This document shows, one piece after another, positions 34,536 through 44,083 of a stretch of 64,000 nucleotides of DNA. This DNA is from Macrostomum lignano (lineage: Eukaryota). Location: assembly GCA_002269645.1 (NCBI GenBank), contig NIVC01000352.1, forward strand, positions 1-64,000, read 5' to 3'. How positions within the stretch are numbered: position 1 is the first letter of the stretch; the number at the start of each line of letters is the position of its first letter. The translations under genes were made by a program, and so were the position numbers. Below the pieces are notes generated by a model. That model was not told the origin of the DNA and made no database searches. It worked only from the letters and a program-made list of their open reading frames with translations.

Positions 34536-35326
34536 ATGAAGTTAATTCTGCTGCCGCTGCTGCTATGCTCTACATTGGAAGTTTCATTTGCCATGACCGT
34601 TCACATCCAGTTCATGGTGGTCAAACTGCGCAGCACCTTAACTCCGGTTGCCATGGAGTCTCTGCCTGGCAGAGATTTAATGAACTGCGCTACGCTCTGC
34701 GCTTTGAGGCCCGCCTGCTTCGGCTTCGGCTGGCTGCAGGGTCGACTGTGCCGATTCTTTGACCGGCTGGCATTCAGCAGCACGGATGGCTGGCAGGTCT
34801 CGGAGTCATGCGATGTGTACACCAAGATTGTCGGTAAGACGTTATGCACTCTGTGCGAATTATTGTGTACATTAATTTTGCCCTACAAGCTCGCGGGACA
34901 AAGTACTTTGACCGCATATAATTTCCAGACTCACAGAAACAAACTCGGCTAAAATTTGGAAGCTGCAAGCAGAGCACAACGATCGAATCGAGCGTTTGCG
35001 ATCGAGCAATTGACGGAAACAGGAACCAAAACTACACGCACTTGTCCTGCAGCCACACCGACAACAATCCAATCGAATGGTGGGAGGGGCAGCTGGCCGC
35101 TCCATCGTTTGTCTCGTACGTCACCATCTACAACCGGCAGGACTGCTGCGCTGGCCGACTCAACAAATTCTCGCTGCTGGTGGACGGCGTCGAGTGCAAC
35201 CGAGTGAACATGACGGAGTCGTTCTCTGTGGCCAGCTTCAGTTGCAACGCCATCGGCAGCCGAGTTCGAGTCAGCGTGATCAGCAGATACCTGACCATTT
35301 GCGAGATCGAGGCTTACACGCTGTAG
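34536..35326 (+). CDS. Secreted PAN/Apple + F-type (fucose-binding) lectin, about 231 aa
   Basis: Signal peptide MKLILLPLLLCSTLEVSFA; exons 34536-34833 and 34929-35326 (phase 1); PAN cysteines CATLC...CFGF...C; exact F-lectin motif H-x26-R-x-D-x4-R (HTDNN...NRQDCCAGR). Confidence 0.88.
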
Positions 35327-36048
35327 CTGAGCTGGGGGCAAGTGCAACTGCAGAGTGAAAGTGAACTGAAAGCAGTAATATTTAGAGCCTGAACGGCTGT
35401 GATGTAAACCAGAGCAATCAATAAAACTCTAAGTTGTCTGTAGCAACCTTCAAGCATTCAAAAATGAGTATGCCTTTCGACTTGGAAGTTTTGTTTTTGC
35501 TGCTTTTGGGTATGGGACCTCAGAAAGCATTTGGATAGTCTTGACTTGGTGTTTAAATCAAACGGCACTGACGTCATCTGCTGCTAGTTGGAAGTCCATA
35601 ATCCCAAGGTTCCGTGTGGATAATTTCAATTTCATCCATAAAGCATAGCTGCTGTTGAAGAAGAGCCACCGCTCCACTCCACTGAATCTGGTTGCTTCTC
35701 ATCGGAGTCTTCTGGAGACGTCATCTCAAATACATGTAAGTAAGAAGTGTTGGGTGTTCGCTTCCGTCCGCGCGGACCGCAGATAGGGTGTTCGGGGTTC
35801 GGGTGCTGGACTGCCCAGAGCAAGAGGGAGGTTCGGATGATGAGGCTGTAACCAGGTAGCCACTCAGCAGCACCAGAGAGGTAGACACGGGTCTGGAGGC
35901 GCACGGATACTTCACAGACGAGAGCAGGAAGGGCGACAGCCGGGCGAGGGCCCTGCGAGCACATAAATACTGGGTGAGAGCAGGGGGCTGGATGGGGCTA
36001 AGCCACGCAGAGCTGGGAGGTGGGAAAAACTCACAGAGTTGAAGGACG

Positions 36049-36282
36049 AGAGAGAAAGAAGGGGAATTCTAGCCAATCAGGTGCCTCCACGGCGAGAGAC
36101 GACGTGATTGGACTGGCCCAAACGAGAGAGAAAGAAGGGGAATTCTAGCCAATCAGGTGCCTCCACGGCGAGAGACGACGTGATTGGACTGGCCCAAACG
36201 AGAGAGAAAGAAGGGGAATTCTAGCCAATCAGGTGCCTCCACGGCGAGAGACGACGTGATTGGACTGGCCCAAACGAGAGAG
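36049..36282. repeat. 76-bp tandem repeat x3 containing CCAAT and ATTGG
   Basis: Period 76 (GGGGAATTC at 36061, 36137, 36213). Confidence 0.92.
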
Positions 36283-36447
36283 ACAAAAATCGCCAGCCAA
36301 TGAAAATGAAATGAAGAATGGCAGCTTAAGACGGAGCAGGGCAGACCAGAGTGGATCAGCGGCAGGGAGAAGAGAGGCGGAGATCGCAGGGGTCGGGGCA
36401 AGGGCATTGTGCGGCACGGCCCTCACAGTTATTTTTTATTCTACGAT

Positions 36448-36612
36448 ATCGACTAAAACAGGAGCCAATCTACGGACCCCTACACTCACATGGTTTGGAT
36501 GGTGGGAGGAGATGTCTGATACATTGTTTGTCTTTTGTCTCCATCTAAAACACGCATGACTGTTGCGCTTGCCGACTCAAAATATTCTCGTTGCAGGTGG
36601 ACGGCTATGTCG
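36448..36612 (+). pseudogene. Decayed fragment of the F-type lectin domain
   Basis: Nucleotide colinearity with about 35010-35195 (TGGTGGGAG...TTTGTC...CCATCTA.AAC...GACTG.TGCGCT.GCCGACTCAA...TTCTCG.TGC.GGTGGACGGC) with indels. Confidence 0.7.
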
Positions 36613-37228
36613 TTGAGAAGCAGCTCACATTTGCTTTTCGAATTTGACAAAAGTGCATTCATGTTTCTAAGCTCCTTCATCCTACACTTCTTTATCAACT
36701 CATCTCCCAGAGCACCCAAAGCTAAAACCATAGCTAAAAAGCACACCTCTAGCCATTTCTATGAGACATGATAAAATTGGTCATACCAGCTACAAGCCTG
36801 TTAAAGATTAAAAAGAGAAATGTCTATACGTGTTTTAACAATTGTACCAACGTCCATGCTCTTTTAAGCTGTACATTTGGACAGAAATGTACAGTATAGT
36901 CGATGAGCATACATTCTATTGTACGTCTCAAGCCTCTCTCCCCTGCTCAGAGATTTTCTGCCCCAACCGCCGCGCGTTGCCATGGACAACACAAGCATTG
37001 TGGAGAGCGGGGCGGGGAGGCAGGCAAGCACAGGTTTCTAAAATACTGTTCCAGCTTGTATTAAATGCCCCATCTCGGAATCCGAGTTAATAGCTACTCG
37101 TCAAATTTTAATTTCAAATTTGAAATTAAATTAAATTAATAAATTAAATAAATAAATAAATAAAATAAATTAATAAATTAAATTAAATTAAGCGAAATTA
37201 AATTCGCCATTCCAAGAAACACTTAAGA

Positions 37229-40200
37229 ATGCTGGGTTGGCCGCAGCAGGATCCGCAGTTCTACCAGCAGCAGCAGCAGCAGATGCAGCACGCCAATCCC
37301 AATAGCCAGCACTACGGCAGCTACGGCCAGAACATGACGCAGAATGTCCATGGCCAAGCCAACCCTTGGCAGGTGAGTTGCTACTTGCTATAACTCCATG
37401 TCATCTCATTACCATTTTTGAAGCTGGTATCACTGTAAGACTTTCAAATATAAAAGCAAACAGTTCTTCAAGTCTGCAAGGATCACTAAGGATAGGACAT
37501 GGACAGCTGAAGTAAAAGGACGCTGCACTCGGTTTTCTTAGAAATGAGCTGGAGGCCGCTAAGAAACGGTAAGGCATGGGTCAGATGAGAGGGGAGAGGA
37601 GGGGAGAGAGAGAAAAGAGGAAAGAAAAGAGGAGAGAGAAGTGGAGGGGAGATAAGAGAGGAGAGAAGAGAGCTGAGAAGAGACTATTGCTATTGTGAAG
37701 TTTAAAAAAAAACCCGAGGGCCGGATAGAGACTTCGCGGGGAGCAATGTGGCCCTGCGGGCTGGAGTTTGCCAACCCCTGGTGTAAGGATATTCGTTTCT
37801 TACCAGCTTCCGAATCTAACGTCCTTCTACTTCAGCTGTCCACGAAATAGAACAGGACACTTTGCTCAAGGAGAGTGCGTACATATATTGTTAATATTCG
37901 ATAGATGCTACAAGTACGAGTATATTTATCAAAAGAAAAAACTGCTGGGCCGTTAAAGCGCGTCCCCGGGTTCGAATCCATACTCTACCAAGTCAATTTT
38001 AGGCTTTTGCTCGTAAATTAGCCCGGGGTTATCGTGCGATTCACCGGCCACTAGGGCTAACCCCCCCCCCAAGGCACAGAGAGTGTACATGCCTGATGAT
38101 AAGAAAGCGAGAGCTGCTGTACACCCCGTGAGCCTGTTTACCGTACATGTACGTGGATTTGCCAACGGGAAACCTATGTGTTGTTAAAAATTATTAAAAC
38201 TAAAATCAATAAAAAAACAGCTGGTAGTTAATTGCCTCCCGTACTGCAGCAGCGGCAGGTTATATTATTTGGCAATTCTATTTTTAGCTCCATGCGAAAT
38301 ACTAATTATACCAATTGGGGCAATAAATAGCAGCTGCGCACTTATACTTTGCATTTGGTGGTAGAGACCTGAAGCCAAGGATCCAAACTAAGTAGTTTTA
38401 TTCGAATTCCATTTTAGTACAATTCTCAAACTTCGAGAAGCTGTACGATGACGATAGCTATTAAAAAGAATGAAAGAGTATTAGGATTGCGTAAAACTGT
38501 CGACAGCAACCTGAGGAAGCGAAGCTCTCCTCTGGAAGACAAAAAATGCAACATAGCCATATGACAATAAAATATGCCAGTATGCATAATACGTAAAAAC
38601 AGTGACCAGGCTTAGCAAAACAAAGAATGTGTTTTTATTTACATGGGAACAGCGTTTAGTCAGCCTACAGCCTTTGCTTGATCTAGTCAAATAGTCAAAC
38701 AAATCAAAGGATTTTTAAGCAGATTTCAGCCTGACCCAGCGAGCAAAACAATTAAAAATCTGCTTATTAGCAGAATAAAACCATGGAGTAAAACAAAAAT
38801 TTAACTGTTTTAAAAACAATTGAACATTCCTTCATGTTGCTATCGTGTATGGCAAAACAAAGACAAAGATCGAATATCGAGTTGACAACAATTAACACGG
38901 CAAAACTTACATTGAAACTATGGGCTGAAATTCAATTTACAATAAATAAACGCCATAATGCTATTCAATGGACATGGTTAAACAAAACAAAACATTTAAA
39001 CACACCAAACACACTGTCCATTTTGACGAGAATTCAAATCGGATTCAATGGTGATTGAATTATTACCTGACTCTAATTGGTCTAGAAGTCATCTGAAATT
39101 TCGCTGTCACTGCCGCTGTCGCTCAAGTTTTTATCGTCACAATTGCTGCTTTTTCTATTAGTTTCTTTTAGTTTCCGCTGCTCCTTCAAAGCAGCAATTT
39201 CTTTGGCTTTGGCATCGGCCCTGGAGGCCAGGCCGGCCAGCAGCCGTTCGACAGACACGCGGCGGAGCGTCAGAAGCATGCAAGCCCGCTCGCCGCCGGC
39301 TCGGTCACGGAGGCGCGCCAACCGATCGTCCAGGTCAGCCAGCTGGCCGCGCAGCTGCGTCTCCTCGCGTCGCGCGAGGCTGAACTGGCGCGCCGCTTCG
39401 GCCAACTGTTTCTCGTCTTCGTTGCGGCTGCTGGCGTCCGTGGAATCGGAGAAGCTGAGCAAGCTGCTGCAGCTGAAGCTCAGGCTGCCCGGAGACTGCG
39501 GGTAGTTCTGTAGAAGCCCTAATGGCTGGGAGGAATGTCTGCTAAGGTGGCAGCGGCATTGCGGTGTGCTGCTGCTCGCAGCGCCAGATGGGAAATATTC
39601 GTCAGGTAGAGCGGCCAGCAGTTGGTCAGCCCGCCACAGACTCTCGTCTTGGTGCTGCTTGAACAGCGGCACAGTCTGCGGTTGGTCGGCCATTGTGACA
39701 GTCGCTTCAGTAACTTCTACTAGCTTATTCTTTCAGCTGCAGTGACTTGACACTCGATGAGTTAGAAGGTGGCTAGAATTATTAATACAGGCCAAGGGGT
39801 GAGGGAAGAGTATCGCGTAGCCTCATTTTGATTGGCTGCTGTGATTGGATAAGATAGCGCAGCCTAGCAAGACCATTCCATATATCCAGTTGTAAATTAG
39901 CCGGCCAGACCGTGTACTGATCAACACGCTGAACTGAGCAATTGTACATAAGAAGCGACTCTGTTTTAGGCAGCGTGACGCGTGATTTCGTTATTTATTG
40001 CCATCAGGCGAAGGTTAATAAAGCACTTCTTATTTATAGACAGTTTGCATCTCTAATATCATAGAACGTGCACCCCTAAATCTGCAGAAGTACGCGCACC
40101 TAAGCGGTAGGTGAACAGCATTCATTTCCAATAAAAAGTCAACCATTATATATGCTCTAAAGTTCGATTCATACTACTGTTAGTAAAGTATCTCTGCATG

Positions 40201-40888
40201 TCCGAAATGGGTCTTAACCAACAGCACATTTCCGGCAAACACTTTTACAAGCCCCAATAATTTAATCATCTGTCCTTGTAGTTTACTGTACTTTAGCATG
40301 CAAAATAATCTTATTTATCACTTTCAGAGCTTCCAGTTCAACAGCGAGGACGAGTTCATCGGCATGTTTCAGCACTACGCGTCTCAGAGTCTGGGCGGCA
40401 TCCAGGCTGAAGAGCTGTGCCGCATCCTCAACGAGCACCCCAGCATCCGCAATTACTACCGGGTCACCTGGTCGCTGGAGCTGTGCAAAATCATGCTGGC
40501 CATGTTGGACAGATCGCGGGATGGCGTCATGCAATACGCCGAGTTCAGAGAGCTGCTCACCTGCCTGCTCTACTGGCACCGCACCTTCCAGGAATACGAT
40601 CGCGATAGAAGCGGCTTCATCGAGGCTAACGAGCTGCACAACATCATCAGCAGTCGGTTTCTGTACCGCCTGTCGGCCAAATCCATGACAATGCTGCTCA
40701 AGCGCTACTCAAAGGCCATGGACGACGGGCGCTGTTTGGTTGCTTTCGACGACTTCGTGACCCTGTCGGTGCGTCTGCGCACCTACACGGAGGCTTTCAG
40801 AGCCCGCGACCGGATGCAGCACAACGGCGAGACCGGCACCTGCCAGTTCTCCTATGACGACTTTCTGCAGTGCACAATGAGCCTGTGA
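37229..40888 (+). CDS. Penta-EF-hand calcium-binding protein (sorcin/ALG-2/peflin-like), copy A, about 234 aa
   Basis: Exon 1 37229-37372 (Q/G/Y-rich MLGWPQQDPQFYQQQ...YGSYGQNM..NPWQ, GTGAGT donor) homologous to exon 1 of copy B; exon 2 40328-40888 with EF loops DRSRDGVMQYAEF and DRDRSGFIEANEL. Confidence 0.85.
37745..37780 (-). mobile_element. hAT (Charlie-like) terminal fragment
   Basis: Reverse complement CAGGGGTTGGCAAACTCCAGCCCGCAGGGCCACA matches the common CAGGGGT..GCAAACT..GGCCCGCGGGCC terminus; partner end not found. Confidence 0.5.
37960..38135 (+). mobile_element. SINE-like element (B box + conserved body), related copy at about 46905-47045
   Basis: GGTTCGAATCC, then GGGCTAACCCCC..GGCACAGAGAGTGTACAT.CCTGA.GAT...GCTGTACACCC..GTGAGC shared by both loci. 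Confidence 0.55.
39082..39693 (-). CDS. 203-aa coiled-coil protein of unknown function, nested antisense in the PEF copy A intron
   Basis: GC-rich open frame in AT-rich intron; heptad-rich segment EKQLAEAARQF...LADLDDRLARLRDR...KAKEIAALKEQRKLKE; acidic Ser-rich tail. Confidence 0.65.
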   Translation of the reverse strand: MADQPQTVPLFKQHQDESLWRADQLLAALPDEYFPSGAASSSTPQCRCHLSRHSSQPLGLLQNYPQSPGSLSFSCSSLLSFSDSTDASSRNEDEKQLAEAARQFSLARREETQLRGQLADLDDRLARLRDRAGGERACMLLTLRRVSVERLLAGLASRADAKAKEIAALKEQRKLKETNRKSSNCDDKNLSDSGSDSEISDDF

Positions 40889-41344
40889 AATTGGTTCTGC
40901 CTACTAACAGTTTCTAAGAATTGTTGACACGTCTATCTTTTACGTACGAGATAGGATCTATGTGACTCATGGTTTGCAATAGCAAACTTACTTTGAATTC
41001 TAAGAGCTACTTATTTGTAGAGTTCGTTGCTCTGGTTAAGTAGCTTTCAATGATAACAGCTTTTTTAAGTTGTGAGCGAGGCCTGGCTATCTTGTACAAC
41101 GCATCAGCACCAGGTTTGCACCCTGTTTATTGAAATATATCAAGAAGGCAATGAAAAAGGCTGTTATATTTTTAGTTTTCGATAAGTTTCAGTAAATTAG
41201 CAAGTTGTTAAACAGTCCATTTTGACTTATGGGTGCCCACTAAATTTTTGCATCATCTTAGAATCCTTGCTTACTTTGATGTTAGCTTCTCAATCTCATT
41301 TAGGCTTGTGCTCTTATGCTTTTGTTTGCTTTTGTTACCTCAAA

Positions 41345-41978
41345 AAACCCTGGAGTCGGTGCTGTAACAACTCTGGAGGCAGTGCTGTAACAACTCTGGA
41401 GGCAGTGCTGTAACAACCATTGTAGAGTCGGTGCTGTAACAACCATTGTAGAGTCGGTGCTGTAACAACCATTGTAGAGTCGGTGCTGTAACAACCATAG
41501 AGTCGGTGCTGTAACAACCATAGAGTCGGTGCTGTAACAACCATAGAGTCGGTGCTGTAACAACCATAGAGTCGGTGCTGTAACAACCATAGAGTCGGTG
41601 CTGTAACAACCATTGTAGAGTCGGTGCTGTAACAACCATAGAGTCGGTGCTGTAACAACCATAGAGTCGGTGCTGTAACAACCATTGTAGAGTCGGTGCT
41701 GTAACAACCATAGAGTCGGTGCTGTAACAACCATAGAGTCGGTGCTGTAACAACCATAGAGTCGGTGCTGTAACAACCATTGTAGAGTCTGTGCTGTAAC
41801 AACCATTGTAGAGTCGGTGCTGTAACAATCATAGAGTCTGTGCTGTAATAACAACGCCAAAGTCGGTGCTGTAACAACCATTGTAGAGTCTGTGCTGTAA
41901 CAACCATTGTAGAGTCGGTGCTGTAACAATCATAGAGTCTGTGCTGTAATAACAACGCCAAAGTCGGTGCTGTAACAA
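41345..41978. repeat. 23/26-bp minisatellite (GAGTCGGTGCTGTAACAACCAT[TGT]A) between the two PEF genes
   Basis: Direct tandem copies. Confidence 0.96.
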
Positions 41979-42239
41979 CTGCTGAATCGCTGAAATTCTG
42001 TCTCCTGGCTGTTGCTGAAATTCCAAAGGTAAATTGGGAATTGTTGGTGAGCCAAGCATCAAAGAGAGAGTAAGAGTTCGGGATAAGCCCTGGCTTAAAT
42101 GGAGGCTTCAATGCCAAAACTGAAATGGGTGCTGATATCTTGCTACTCTCTGTCCAATGGCACACGCGTATATTTGCTTTATTTTTGACATGACAAAATA
42201 GATATTATTATTAATCATTATTTGTAAAATTGATTGTCA

Positions 42240-42316
42240 AATGTGACTGCACTTGGAATCGAGCCTGGGTCGCTGGCACACCAGAGCAGCTACGCTACCG
42301 CTGGGCTACGGCCCCC
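42240..42316 (-). mobile_element. tRNA-derived SINE head (copy 2)
   Basis: Shares ATGTGACTGCACTTGGAATCGAGCCTGGG...CTGGGCTACG with 1304-1379. Confidence 0.65.
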
Positions 42317-42884
42317 CTTGACGCTCACCGAAAGAGTAGACACTTTGTTGAGCCATAGACTATAACACAAAAAATGGCTTAACTCAATGCAGAGTGAAAT
42401 ATCTAGTGTTTTATTATCTGTGGGCCAAGCTTGGCTGTGGATCAGAATACACTAGTGAAGCTAATGGACTAAATAAATGTTGCTTTTTACGCTACTACCG
42501 AACAGAGTAGTTTTGCTAAATATAAACTCGTAGTTGAGTGAAACAACTAGTGTATTTAGTATCTGTGGATTGGACACAACACCGGGAAATTCAGAGAACT
42601 CTCTCTCTATGGCAAACCTTTGGCGATTCTTTAAAGGTTTATCGAAGTTTGACGTTTAAAAATGTTCAGAAATTGATACAAAAGTTTCACAGCCGCTGCT
42701 CCTGAGGACGCGTGTCATTCTAAGAATAGGTAAGCTTTTTGAACTGATCTAGACGATAGAGGCTCTGCTTGCGAGATTATAGCAATATAAAATTGAAGCA
42801 TTCCATATATGAATTCGTAGCTTAAACCCTCTCATCGCATTTTTATAATATTGAAAAACTACCCTTCCAGAAGTTACCGAAATC

Positions 42885-43700
42885 ATGAAGAAGTTCCTTT
42901 TCCACGCGCTGGCAAGCCAGGCTCACGGCTCCTACAAGCAGAGAATGGGTTCCTACCAGAATAGCCAGTACTATGGAAGCTACGGACAACACATGGTGCA
43001 GAATGTCTACAGTCGCATAAACCCATGGCAGGTGAGCAGCTGCAATCGAGCGTATCTGGAAGCTCATAGTTGCTATTGTTGCACCGTTTAAACAGCAATC
43101 CAACTCTTCCTTCCATATTTCTTACTGTGAGCACAGAGTTTCCAGTTTAGAAGCGAGAACGAATTCATGAGCATGTTCCATCACTACTCGTCACCGTCAC
43201 TGGGCGGCATCCAGGCTCACGAGCTGTGCCGCATCCTCAACGAGCACCCCAGCATCCGCAACTACTACCGGATCACCTGGTCCCTGGAGCTGTGCAGGGT
43301 CATGCTGGCCATGATGGACAGATCGCGCGACGGCATCATGCAGTATGACGAGTTTAGCGAACTGCTCACCTGTCTGGTCTACTGGCACCGCACCTTCCAG
43401 GACTTCGATCGCAACCGTAGCGGCTATATTGAAGCTCATGAGCTGCACAATATCATCACTAATCATTTTCACTACATGTTGTCGCCGCAGGCGATGACGG
43501 TGCTGCTCAAACGCTACTCGAGAGCCATTAACGACGGTCGCTGCTTGCTAGCATTCGACGACTTCGTAAACCTGTCGGTGCGTCTGCGCGCTTACACGGA
43601 GTCCTTCCGGGCTCGCGATCAGTACCAGCACAATGGCAGTGAAACCGGCACCTGCCAGTTCACGTACGACGATTTCCTGCAGTGCACGATGAGCCTGTGA
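42885..43700 (+). CDS. Penta-EF-hand calcium-binding protein, copy B, about 236 aa
   Basis: Exon 1 42885-43031 (GTGAGC donor), 105-nt intron, exon 2 43137-43700; closely similar to copy A (ELCRILNEHPSIRNYYR.TWSLELC, CQF.YDDFLQCTMSL). Confidence 0.9.
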
Positions 43701-44083
43701 CCAGCGACCACGTGACCGAGAGTTGAAAAAAGCGGAGCTTGCAAGTCTCAGGACTATTATTGAGATAAATTTATTTGACTGCTTGAGTTTTCAGTTTGAT
43801 ACAATTTGTTTTTCTTATGATAAAGCATTTAAAAAGAAATCTACATTCAGTTGCTAAAGTTTGCTTTTCATTTGTCTCGACTTTTCTTCAGTTTGAACAG
43901 TTTGACCAAAACGTAAACACACATCGGTGGTAGATTTGCAGAGGAATTTCAAGTTCTTTAGTTTGCTATTAGTGGGTTCAAGTTTCTTAGTCATTTTAGA
44001 GTCAGCATGAGATCGCGTGCTTTTTAGCGTTTTTCCGTTTGGTTTGTCCATTTTCGCTCGGTTTGCCGAGGCGGTGCCGGCGC

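Noticed and set aside
41300-42165. Repetitive ORFs (LLQHRLYGCYSTDS...)
   Set aside because: Translations of the 23/26-bp minisatellite.
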